A stretch of DNA of 64,000 nt, taken from Dehalococcoidia bacterium (GTDB lineage Bacteria; Chloroflexota; Dehalococcoidia; SM23-28-2; RBG-16-64-32). A model generated the notes under the pieces. The model was given only the letters and a program-made list of their open reading frames with translations. It ran no database searches and was not told the DNA's origin. This document shows, piece by piece, positions 30,576 to 39,559 of the stretch. Made by a program: the position numbers and the translations under genes. Location of the stretch: positions 32,001-96,000 of the forward strand of contig CAXXTF010000002.1 of the NCBI GenBank assembly GCA_963665775.2, read 5' to 3'. How positions within the stretch are numbered: the stretch's first letter is position 1; the number at the start of each line of letters is the position of its first letter.

Positions 30576-31436
30576 TTGCCCTCGCCAACTGCAATAGAGG
30601 TGAAGCACTTCTTGCAATCCCAGCGTGTTGCCCAGCTGGGGACGGTTGATGAGAATGGCCGGCCTCACGTGGTGCCGATCGTCTTCGTCTATGCCGATGG
30701 ACGATTGTACACACCGATCGACAAGAAGCCCAAGTCGGTCGCCCCCGAAGGCCTTCGGCGGGTGCAGAACATCCTCCACAGCCAGCACGTACAGATTCTG
30801 GTCCACAACTACGACGAGGACTGGAGCCGCCTGGGATATGTGCAGCTTAGAGGGCGTGCCGAGCTGCTAAAGCCCGGATACGAGCACCGGCGCGCACTCA
30901 GGCTCTTGGAACGCAAGTACCCGCAATATTCAGACTTGCCGCTTGAGGGATGCCCAATCATCAAGGTAAGTATTGAGCGTACGCTGACCTGGGGACGGCT
31001 AGAGCGACCGGCAAGTGATGTAGCGGTCGGACCATCTCCCGTGACTGTGGACGGCGTGAAACAGGTGTCCGCCGGTGAACGCGTCGCTTTCCGGGCGAAA
31101 GTCATACGCACCTGGGTCGTGGGCGACACTGTTTCCGCCTTAGTGGGAGATGCCACGGGCCTGACGCGCATCGAGGTGGGTAGCCGGCCGATTGAAGAAG
31201 AGGCCAGTTACAGTTTCTGGAATGGTCTTGTGCGGGAGCACGAAGGTGGCTGGCGCAGCGTGGCCCTCGACTCAGCAAGTCGAGTACGGCTGCTTCGTCG
31301 ACGTGTGCTGGTCGCGGCACCTGCCAACTATATAGAACGGGTGAGTCGCATCCTGATGACGATGGATCGCAAGCGGAGCCAACCTCCCTCGCGAAATCGC
31401 ACGGTGCCTCAGGCTAAGCCAAGGGTAAGGCGCTAG
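30576..31436 (+). CDS. PPOX-class F420-dependent enzyme (Rv0121-like) with an extra C-terminal OB-fold-like domain
   Basis: RVAQLGTVD.GRPHVVPIVF, PIDKKPK, LRRVQNI, YDEDWSRLGYVQLRGRA, LERKYPQY; about 140 additional residues follow. Confidence 0.85.
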   Translation: MPSPTAIEVKHFLQSQRVAQLGTVDENGRPHVVPIVFVYADGRLYTPIDKKPKSVAPEGLRRVQNILHSQHVQILVHNYDEDWSRLGYVQLRGRAELLKPGYEHRRALRLLERKYPQYSDLPLEGCPIIKVSIERTLTWGRLERPASDVAVGPSPVTVDGVKQVSAGERVAFRAKVIRTWVVGDTVSALVGDATGLTRIEVGSRPIEEEASYSFWNGLVREHEGGWRSVALDSASRVRLLRRRVLVAAPANYIERVSRILMTMDRKRSQPPSRNRTVPQAKPRVRR

Positions 31437-31445
31437 GGAGCTACA

Positions 31446-32990
31446 ATGCCGAATGGCAACCGTGAAGTAGAGGCCGCCTGGGCCTATCACAACAGCACCA
31501 AGCATTCCTTTGAGAGCGTGCATTCCAGCCACCATTTCTTGGATTGGCAGAACAAGCCCGTGCCGTTCAAGCTCTATCCGGACCTAGAGCCCATACCCCT
31601 CCCGCGTCCGACACAAGTTTCCGATATGCCTGCCTTGGCGGCTTTGAAGGGCGGCACCCGGGAGATCCCGGCTCGGCAAACGTTAAATCGCACGTTCCTA
31701 TCGACTCTTCTTCACTATTCAGCAGGTATTACCAGGCATGTACGTTATCCGCAGGGGGAGCTGGCCTTCCGAGCCGCCTCGTGCACAGGGGCCCTGTACC
31801 ACATAGACCTCTATCTGGTCTGCGGCGATCTCCCTGATCTGCCAGCAGGGGTCTACCAGTTTGGTGTCCATGACCATGCCCTACGTCAGCTACGTCGAGG
31901 CGACTTCCGCGATGAGTTGGATTCCCTGTCGGGCGGCCAATCCGGCGTAGTCCAATCTCCCTTGACCATGATCTGTACCAGTACTTTCTGGCGGAACTCG
32001 TGGAAATACCAGTCGCGAACCTATCGGCACTGTTTCTGGGATAGCGGGACCATCCTTGCGAACCTCTTGGCCATAACCGCGGCTCATAGCGTGCCAGCCC
32101 ATCTGATATGCGGTTTCGTCGACGATCGAGTGAACCGGCTCTTGGGATTGGACTCTCGTCACGAAGCTGCGCTAGTCTTGATTCCTCTCGGCAGCGACGA
32201 GCAGATCGCCAGTGAAATGGAGACTGTTGAGCCCTTACATCTTCGAACGGCGCCCCTGTCGCAGTCCGAGGTGGATTACCCAGCCATCTGGGAGATGCAT
32301 GGGGCCTCTTCGCTAGCCGGCGAGGCGGAGGTGGCGAGCTGGCGGGGAACACTTCCACCTTTGCGACGTTCCGTTCCTTCGGGCCGCCTGTTCCCGCTCC
32401 TGCCGCTGAAGTTGGAAGCGCAACCGAAGGACTCCATCGAGACGATCATTCAGCGCCGTGGCTCCAGCCGGCGCTTCGCTCGGGAGGCTGTAACCGTCGA
32501 GCAGCTCTCGACAATGCTGGATGCGGCGACGAAAGAGACTCCGGCCGACTTCCAGGGACGAGGCCATCCCCGCCTCAATGACCTTTACCTGATCGTGAAC
32601 GCTGTTGAAGGGTTGCCCTCCGGGGCGTACCTCTATCGGCAGGAAGGGCCTGCCCTGGAGCTGTTGAAAGAGGGAGATTTCCGTTCACAGGCGGGATACC
32701 TTGGCCTGGAACAGGCGCTTCCCGCCGACGCCAGTGCGGATGTGTTCATGCTAGCGGACCTGTCGCGCATTTTGGAGCGGTTTGGCAATCGGGGCTATCG
32801 GGCGGCTCAGCTGGAGGCCGCGATCATCGGCGGTAGGTTGTACCTCGCTGCTTACGCCATGGGACTGGGCGCCAGCGGCCTGACCTTCTTCGACGACGAT
32901 GTGACGGAGTTCTTCGCGCCCTCGGCGAGGGACGGGAGCGTGATGTTCCTGATGGCTCTCGGCCATCCAGTAAGACGAGGAAATCCATAG
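31446..32990 (+). CDS. SagB/ThcOx-family tandem nitroreductase
   Basis: YHNSTKH, FRAASCTGALY, WKYQSRTYRHCFWDSG, RRGSSRRF, RGYRAAQLEA, GLTFFDD. Confidence 0.92.
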   Translation: MPNGNREVEAAWAYHNSTKHSFESVHSSHHFLDWQNKPVPFKLYPDLEPIPLPRPTQVSDMPALAALKGGTREIPARQTLNRTFLSTLLHYSAGITRHVRYPQGELAFRAASCTGALYHIDLYLVCGDLPDLPAGVYQFGVHDHALRQLRRGDFRDELDSLSGGQSGVVQSPLTMICTSTFWRNSWKYQSRTYRHCFWDSGTILANLLAITAAHSVPAHLICGFVDDRVNRLLGLDSRHEAALVLIPLGSDEQIASEMETVEPLHLRTAPLSQSEVDYPAIWEMHGASSLAGEAEVASWRGTLPPLRRSVPSGRLFPLLPLKLEAQPKDSIETIIQRRGSSRRFAREAVTVEQLSTMLDAATKETPADFQGRGHPRLNDLYLIVNAVEGLPSGAYLYRQEGPALELLKEGDFRSQAGYLGLEQALPADASADVFMLADLSRILERFGNRGYRAAQLEAAIIGGRLYLAAYAMGLGASGLTFFDDDVTEFFAPSARDGSVMFLMALGHPVRRGNP

Positions 32991-33060
32991 TCGTACTAGA
33001 ATGCCAGAGGCTCGATGGGCCCCCGCGTTCTCGACCGTGCAAAGGCCTTGATTTGAAGAT

Positions 33061-33378
33061 ATGCTGCTGAGCGACCCTCAGGCTATCCACTCCATCTCTG
33101 ATTTTCTCGGTACTGAAGCGAGGGAAGCCCCTTTCGACGTCCGTGGCGCGCCCGTGTATCAGCTGAAAATTCCCAGCCAGGAGCTGGGAAATGACATCCT
33201 TCTTACGATTTGGCCTTCGCAGAGCCGCGTCGACGTGCGCGTGGGCAAGAGCTACTGGGTGCTACGGGACATAAGCGATGTGGAGCTATACCCGGACGTT
33301 GAGGTCCTCTTCCGACGGAACGACCCGCCTGCATTCCTCTTCGTTTCCGTCCAGGGTAGAGTCGCGATGGTGACATAG
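33061..33378 (+). CDS. Hypothetical protein
   Basis: 105-aa ORF with host-like codon usage, co-directional with the upstream operon. Confidence 0.6.
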   Translation: MLLSDPQAIHSISDFLGTEAREAPFDVRGAPVYQLKIPSQELGNDILLTIWPSQSRVDVRVGKSYWVLRDISDVELYPDVEVLFRRNDPPAFLFVSVQGRVAMVT

Positions 33379-33511
33379 AGGTTCGTCCAGAACGTCTGCG
33401 CACAAGTAGGCCCGCGTTCCCAGCGCCCCAGTCAGGCAACGATATAATGTGTCAAGCGAGACCGGCAAGGATCGCGGTCTTGAAGCGGTAGATCTGGCCT
33501 GCCGCGAGAAA

Positions 33512-33537
33512 GGGGGCCGGTCCTGAAACCGGCCCCC
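33512..33537 (-). terminator. Intrinsic terminator downstream of the cysteine hydrolase
   Basis: 10-bp stem GGGGGCCGGT / ACCGGCCCCC, followed by TTTCT on the minus strand. Confidence 0.65.
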
Positions 33538-33593
33538 CTCACGTCGCTGCCGCCGATGCTATCGTTCGATACGCTCGCGTTCTACGTCGCGGG

Positions 33594-34244
33594 CTACGCC
33601 CTCATCCCCTGCAGCGCCTCGTCGGTGTCCAGCACGGCGCTCGCCAAGAACCCGAAGTTCGTGAGCGCACTCTTGTAGCCGTCACCCAGTTCGGGGTGAA
33701 TCGCTGCCGCCGTCGCGTCGGCCACGACTGCGACCTCGAACCCCTCCTCGAGGAACTCGCGCAGGTGGGCCTCGACGCAGAGGTTTGCTGACATCCCCGC
33801 CAGGATGACCTTGGACTTCCCCCGCTTCCGCAACTGGAGCGCTAGGTCGTTGCTCTCCGGCCCGTACACCTTGTGCGGGCTGGCAACGATGGTCTTTCCG
33901 TCCTCAATGTAAGGTTTGTACGCCTCGAGCCAGTCCGCCCCAGAGCCCGAAAAGCCCTCGGTCGTGAGGGCCCCCTCGCGGTCGAACATGCCGATCTCGT
34001 GCATCATCTTCTCAACCGTCCCGCCAAATCGCCAGCCCTTGTCGGTTGGGTAGTAGTAGTGGGGGGAGATGAACACGTCGTATCCTCGCTCCTTGGCGGT
34101 GCGGAACAGCTGCTCGATGTGGCCGACCGTGCCGTTGGCCTCGACGCTTTCCCCCACGAGGCCCCAAGTCACACCTTGCGGACTCAGGAAATCGTTCTGC
34201 GGATCGGTCACGACGACGGCTGTGTCCTTTGCGCTAAACTCCAT
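33594..34244 (-). CDS. Isochorismatase-family cysteine hydrolase
   Basis: VVVTDPQNDFL, PHKVYGP, LAGMSANLCVEAH. Confidence 0.93.
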   Translation of the reverse strand: MEFSAKDTAVVVTDPQNDFLSPQGVTWGLVGESVEANGTVGHIEQLFRTAKERGYDVFISPHYYYPTDKGWRFGGTVEKMMHEIGMFDREGALTTEGFSGSGADWLEAYKPYIEDGKTIVASPHKVYGPESNDLALQLRKRGKSKVILAGMSANLCVEAHLREFLEEGFEVAVVADATAAAIHPELGDGYKSALTNFGFLASAVLDTDEALQGMRA

Positions 34245-34384
34245 AAGATCCCTCCTTTTGGGTTGATACCGGCGGCCCGTTTGATCGTCCTCAATATATC
34301 GGCTCTCTTGTGCGAAAGGGTCTGCGAGCCGACCGTTATCGTCCGGCGTTGCGCCGGATCGCCATCTTGTGCAACTATTCGGGC

Positions 34385-35313
34385 ATGGTACTGAACCGGT
34401 TGCTCGGCAACGTCGCGATTCGGGTCGAGCCGTTCACCCTGTGCCTTGTGAGCACGGGGTGGTGCCTCCGTTTGCCCGGTCCGCCGGGCGTGATGTTCCA
34501 CTTCGTGGTCAAGGGCAGCGGCGTGATGCGGGGACCTGGGGGCGAAACCCACCAGCTGTGGCCCTATTGCCTGGGGGTGGTGCCCCCAGGCACCGTCCAC
34601 TCCCTGGAGTGCGGCTCGACTATCCAATCGACAGAGGTGATACCTCCCCCACCCGAGGGCGGCCCTCCGCCGGAGCTGGTCGCGGGTTCCTCGGACCTCG
34701 CGGATCTGCAGGTGGCGTGCGGAATCGTACACGTGGCGTACGGCGACTCCCTCGGTCTCTTCAGCCACCTGCGCGACGCCTTCGTTGCCGACCTCTCCGG
34801 CTATCCGCAGGTGCGTGCGGCGTTCGAGGGGATACTGGCCGAGCGGGCGAGCGCCTCGCCGGGCAGCGCTGCCCTGTCAGCCGCGCTGATGAGTCAGTGC
34901 CTCGTCTACCTGCTGCGCCACCTCAGCGGAGCGTCCAGCCCTCCCCTGCCCTGGCTGTCGGCGCTCGACGACGAGGAGCTCGGGCGGGCGCTGGATTCGA
35001 TGTTTGAAAACCCGGCGGCGCCGCACACGGTCGAGTCGCTGGCTGAGGAGGCGTTGATGAGCCGATCGGTGTTCGCCGAGCGGTTCCACGCGGCGTTTGG
35101 CTCCTCCCCGATGACGTTCCTGCGCGGCCTTCGCATGCGAAGGCCGCGCAGCTTCTGACCCGCAGCGGCGCTATATCCATCGATCAGATCGCTCACCGGG
35201 TTGGCTTCTCCAGCCGCAGTCACTTCTCGCGCGCGTTTCGAGAGCAGTTCGGCGTGTCGCCGGCGGCCTACCGACTCGCTGCTTCCGGGCAGGTCGCCTC
35301 TCAGATGCCGTAG
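34385..35313 (+). pseudogene. Cupin_6/AraC regulator, frameshifted near 35143
   Basis: First HTH (TVESLAEEALMSRSVFAERF) is in the ORF ending 35158; the second HTH (AAQLL...SIDQIAHRVGFSSRSHFSRAF) is in another frame ending TAG 35313. Divergent from the hydrolase. Confidence 0.85.
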
Positions 35314-35451
35314 CTACCGGCCCTGAACGGCACAGCGGTCGTAACACTTCGCTAAAGTAGGGTAGTCCCGCCCGCGAAAGTCTATGCGGGACAGAATAGG
35401 GAGGTAAGGTCCAAGCCCAAATCTGTCGAAGCCGCAACCGTCAGCCCGCCG

Positions 35452-36066
35452 ATGCTAGAATACCTGAGTAGAAATGGCGGGAAGGAGACTGATCTCACGG
35501 GCAGGGTTGATCGAACAACCGGTTGGGAAGACGAATATCTAGCCCAGGGTATCCGTCGGAGGGATCCGGGGGCAATGGAGGCTCTGTACGACCAATACAG
35601 CCGTCGGGCTTTTGGCCTCGCCTACCGGATCCTTGGCGACGGCCCTTCGGCGGAGGACGTAGTACAGGAGGCGTTCCTGATTCTGTGGCGCCAGGCCGAC
35701 CGGCTTGACCCAGCCCGCGGCAAGGTGAGCTCTTTCTTGATGACCGTGGTCCATCACAAGGCGATAGACCTCCTGCGCGGCCGTCGCGGCGAGACGAGGC
35801 GTGATTCCCTGGACCTTCCAGCCTTAGCGCAGGATGAGGCTGATATGCTAGAGGGCGTAGCTGAATCGCAGGTACGAGATGCGGTGAGCAACGCTTTGCA
35901 GTCGCTTCCAGAGGAGCAGCGGCAGCCGATAGAGCTGGCCTACTTCAAGGGCCTCACCCACGTCCAGATCGCGGAGTCGCTGGCCGTCCCCCTGGGGACC
36001 GTAAAGAGCCGACTGCGGCTGGGACTGGGGAAGATGCGCTCCGCATTGGAAGGCCGGGTAAGATAG
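35452..36066 (+). CDS. sigK: ECF sigma factor, SigK-like
   Basis: AEDVVQEAF, LPEEQR, LAYFKGLTHVQIAE...PLGTVKSRLRLGL; coupled to the anti-sigma gene. Confidence 0.9.
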   Translation: MLEYLSRNGGKETDLTGRVDRTTGWEDEYLAQGIRRRDPGAMEALYDQYSRRAFGLAYRILGDGPSAEDVVQEAFLILWRQADRLDPARGKVSSFLMTVVHHKAIDLLRGRRGETRRDSLDLPALAQDEADMLEGVAESQVRDAVSNALQSLPEEQRQPIELAYFKGLTHVQIAESLAVPLGTVKSRLRLGLGKMRSALEGRVR

Positions 36067-36770
36067 TGAAGTGTAAAGAGGTCGAAGAGCTCGCCGGGGC
36101 TTACGCGCTAGACGCGCTCCCCGCTGAAACGCTACGAGAAGTGCGGGAGCATTTAGAGTCCTGCCAGCAGCATCCGGAGATCGCCGGGCTGCGGGCTGCC
36201 GCATTGAGTCTGGCCGCAGCCGCCCCGGGGATGGAGCCCCCGCCCGGCCTCAAGACGCGCCTCATGGACGAGATCCGACAGGAGACAGCTCGAGCCGCGG
36301 AGGGCAGGCCGCGCGAGATCGACGGTTCCTGGCTCCGCCGCTACGTTGGGTCCGCCTTCCGCCCCTACGCCCTCGCGGGCGCCCTGGCCATCGCTGTGGC
36401 CGCGCTCATTGGCTGGAACGTGTACCTGCAGACCTCCGGCGACGGCGGGCAAGACGTTGCCATCGTGCGAGCCCTCACGGACAGCGGCGCCGCCCAGGGG
36501 CGCGTCCTTTACTTTCAGGAAGAGGGGGTTGCGGTCATAACCGTAGAGGATCTGGCCCCGCTGCCGACGGATCAGACCTACCAAGTCTGGGCGATCAGCG
36601 GCGACGACGTTGCCACCGGGATCGGGTTGTTCAACACCTCGGCCAGCGGCGAGGCCTCCACGGCGCTAGAAGTCGATCTGACGAACGCTGAGTTTGTAGC
36701 CATCACCATCGAGCCCGCGGGCGGCAGCCCTCAGCCAACCAGCGATCCGGTCCTCATGGCCCAGATCTAG
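36066..36770 (+). CDS. rskA: Anti-sigma factor, RskA-like, with N-terminal zf-HC2-like region
   Basis: LAGAYALDAL...HLESC, one TM helix, TYQVWAI, AITIEPAGGSPQPT. Confidence 0.9.
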   Translation: MKCKEVEELAGAYALDALPAETLREVREHLESCQQHPEIAGLRAAALSLAAAAPGMEPPPGLKTRLMDEIRQETARAAEGRPREIDGSWLRRYVGSAFRPYALAGALAIAVAALIGWNVYLQTSGDGGQDVAIVRALTDSGAAQGRVLYFQEEGVAVITVEDLAPLPTDQTYQVWAISGDDVATGIGLFNTSASGEASTALEVDLTNAEFVAITIEPAGGSPQPTSDPVLMAQI

Positions 36771-36818
36771 GCCCCCAACGCGCGTCCGCGGAATTTTCCC
36801 CTTTTCGCCCTGACAGGG

Positions 36819-36844
36819 TGATCCGTTACCCCTGACCTCCCGAA
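36819..36844 (+). promoter_or_regulatory. Putative SigK-type ECF promoter for the DUF4331 operon
   Basis: TGATCC-N15-CCGAA resembles the SigK consensus (CCATCC-N15-CCGAA); 66 bp upstream of ATG 36911. Confidence 0.6.
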
Positions 36845-36910
36845 ATAGTTTTAGATGCTTTGGCGCGAGAGGCCGTTGCAGACAACGCACGACGAGCAAG
36901 GAGGTCAACC

Positions 36911-38194
36911 ATGCAACCATCCACACGTATTGTAGCCCGGACCGGTTCGGCGCTGCTCATAATCCTGGCGATCGCTCTAATCGCGGTGACCCTGACGACC
37001 GTCGACCGGACAAGGGGGGCGGACCACCGCGACTCTCCAAGCGTCGAAGGCGACCCGGCGGCGGACCTCGCCGACGTCTACGCCTTCCGCAGCCCGGAGA
37101 ATAGCGACAACCTTGTCGTCATCATGACCGTCAACGGGCTGACGGCGCCGCCGGAGAACACGACCCGCAACTTCGCGACGGGCGTAACCTACAACATCCA
37201 CGTCGACAACACCGGCGACCTCGTCGCCGATGCCACGGCGAGTATCATCTTCTCCGGGGACCCGCTCAGGTTCACGATTACCGGTCTGACCGCGGAGCCG
37301 ATTACGGGCGACGTCACGCCGCCCTCAACCGACCCTGACGCGCCGGCTCCCGTGATCACCACGGTGGACGGGATCAAGGCTTTCGCGGGCCAGCGCGATG
37401 ACCCGTTCTTCTTCGATCTCGTTGGCTTCCTTGCGTTCGTTGCCGGCCCCTACGTCCCAGCGGAGGGGCTGCGGGCCGCGGGCAACACGCCAGCCTCCGA
37501 CACCTTGGCAGGCACCAACGTCTCCGCCATCGTCATCGAGCTACCGATTACGGCGCTCACCGGCGAGGCGACGTCGGACACCGGAACGATAAAGGCCTGG
37601 GCGAGCACCTGGCGCGACGGGTCGCAGGTGGACCGCATGGCGATCCCCGCCATCAACACAGCCCTCATCCCCAGCGACCAGAAGGACACCTTCAACCAGG
37701 CCGCCCCACTCGATGACGCGGCCAGCTTCGGGGCCACGGCCCAGGCGACCATCGAGGGCCTGCGCGCCGCCGTCAATGCGGTGCTTGATGCGCCGGTGGG
37801 GGCGGAGGACGGCGGTCCGCTCGGCTCCCTCACCGCTGAGCAGGTGAAGGACGCGGTCATCCCCGACGTGGTGACCATCGACTTCTCCCAGCCGGTGGGA
37901 TTCACCAACGGGCGCGCACCGGAGGAGGATGTCATGGATGTCGTCCTGCAGCTGGTGCTGAACCGCACCGCCGGCATCACCGACGCCATCGACGCCAACG
38001 ACGTGGCTTTCCTGCCGACGTTCCCATACCTGGCGCCACCGCACCAGCCAGATGTCGGCGGGCTTCCTACCGCTGGCGGCCCGCCCCCGGCCGAAGGTGA
38101 AAGCTTCAACTGGGCGTTCGCCCTCTTGATAGGCGCAGGCGTCGTCCTCGCGGGGGCCGGCGTGGGACTGCTACGCCGCAGGCCGGCCCGGTAA
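36911..38194 (+). CDS. DUF4331 family secreted protein with LPxTG-like C-terminal anchor
   Basis: ADHRDSP...DLADVYAF, FAGQRDDPFFFD, NVSAIVIELP, QVDRMAIPAIN, NGR..DV.D, FPYLAPP; then LPTAG, a TM helix and RRR. Confidence 0.9.
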   Translation: MQPSTRIVARTGSALLIILAIALIAVTLTTVDRTRGADHRDSPSVEGDPAADLADVYAFRSPENSDNLVVIMTVNGLTAPPENTTRNFATGVTYNIHVDNTGDLVADATASIIFSGDPLRFTITGLTAEPITGDVTPPSTDPDAPAPVITTVDGIKAFAGQRDDPFFFDLVGFLAFVAGPYVPAEGLRAAGNTPASDTLAGTNVSAIVIELPITALTGEATSDTGTIKAWASTWRDGSQVDRMAIPAINTALIPSDQKDTFNQAAPLDDAASFGATAQATIEGLRAAVNAVLDAPVGAEDGGPLGSLTAEQVKDAVIPDVVTIDFSQPVGFTNGRAPEEDVMDVVLQLVLNRTAGITDAIDANDVAFLPTFPYLAPPHQPDVGGLPTAGGPPPAEGESFNWAFALLIGAGVVLAGAGVGLLRRRPAR

Positions 38195-38245
38195 AGGGAC
38201 CGACGGAAGGCGAGGCTGAGGGCGAGGGTCGAAGGAGATACGTCG

Positions 38246-39556
38246 ATGACACAGCGTGGTGCGCAGGTCGTCGCCGGTCTCCTGGCAACCCTCGCCCTCC
38301 TTATTGCGGGCTGGGGGCTCGTCGACGGCGGGTCGAGCCCCACGACTGCCCCCACAGACCCCACAGCGATGACCAACGCCGTCGTCCGCTTTTTCGAGGA
38401 GCGGGTGAAGCGCGACCCCCACGACTTCGTCAGCTACAACTGGCTGGCCGACGCTTACGTCCAGCGGGCGCGTCAGACCGGGGACGTGGCGGACTACAGC
38501 CGTGCGGAGGCCGCTCTGGAAGCTTCCCTGGACGCCCTCCCGAACGACAATTACGATGCCCTGGTGCAGCTGTCCCTGGTGTACGGCGCCATGCACCGGT
38601 TCTCAGACGCGTTGGAGCTGGCCCAGAAGGCTCTCGCCCTCAATCCGTGGGAGCCATTCGGCTATGCGGTCCTCGGCGACGCGCAGGTGGCGCTGGGCCA
38701 GTACGACGAAGCCGACCAGGCGTACCAAACGGTTACCTTAAAAGCACCGGGGCTCTCGTCCTTCAGCCGACTCGCCTATCTCCTTGAGCTTCGAGGCGAC
38801 CTGGAGACGGCCGAGCTCATGTGGCGGAACGCCCTCTCCACCGACAACGGTCGCCGCCCCGCAAACACGGCCTGGGCACGCGTACAGCTCGGCAACTTCT
38901 ATTTCAACATTGGGGAGTTAGGACCGGCGGAGGAAGAATATGAGCAGGCTCTGGAGATGTTCCCGGAGTATGTCCACGCCCGGGCCGGCCTGGCCAAGAT
39001 CCGCGCTGCCCGCGGCGATTACGACGACGCCGCTTCGCTCTATAGCGCGGTCGTAGAACGCTACCCCGCACCGGAGTACGTCATCGCCCTCGGCGACATC
39101 CATCTTGTCGCCGGGCGGCAGGACGATGCGGAGGTGCAGTATGACCTGGTGTCGGCCATCGACGAGCTGTACAAGGCCAATGGCGTCAACACCGACCTCC
39201 AAATGGCCCTCTTCTTGGCTGACCACGATCTGAATGTCGACGAGGCTGTGCGCCGGGCCCGCGTTGTCTACGACGCACGCCCCAGCATCCAGGCCGCGGA
39301 CGTCCTGGCCTGGGCGCTGTACAAGGCCGGTCAGCACGAGGAGGCGCTGGAGTACTCGCTGGCGGCGCTCGGGCAGGGGACACAGGACGCGATGATGCTG
39401 TTCCACGCCGGCATGATCTACGACCGTATCGGTGAATATGAGAAGGCTCGCGATTATCTGGAGCGGGCCGTCGAAATCAACCCTCGCTTCTCGGTGCTAT
39501 ATGCGGAGACGGCCGCCGATACCATCCAGAGACTCCAGCCGGTGGTGCGGAGGTAG
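38246..39556 (+). CDS. Tetratricopeptide repeat protein
   Basis: N-terminal TM helix, multiple TPR-like repeats, ADVLAWALY, HAGMI. Confidence 0.88.
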   Translation: MTQRGAQVVAGLLATLALLIAGWGLVDGGSSPTTAPTDPTAMTNAVVRFFEERVKRDPHDFVSYNWLADAYVQRARQTGDVADYSRAEAALEASLDALPNDNYDALVQLSLVYGAMHRFSDALELAQKALALNPWEPFGYAVLGDAQVALGQYDEADQAYQTVTLKAPGLSSFSRLAYLLELRGDLETAELMWRNALSTDNGRRPANTAWARVQLGNFYFNIGELGPAEEEYEQALEMFPEYVHARAGLAKIRAARGDYDDAASLYSAVVERYPAPEYVIALGDIHLVAGRQDDAEVQYDLVSAIDELYKANGVNTDLQMALFLADHDLNVDEAVRRARVVYDARPSIQAADVLAWALYKAGQHEEALEYSLAALGQGTQDAMMLFHAGMIYDRIGEYEKARDYLERAVEINPRFSVLYAETAADTIQRLQPVVRR

Positions 39557-39559
39557 GCT

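Noticed and set aside
31446-32990. RiPP (azole) biosynthetic cluster
   Set aside because: No YcaO, E1-like protein or precursor peptide near the SagB-type gene.
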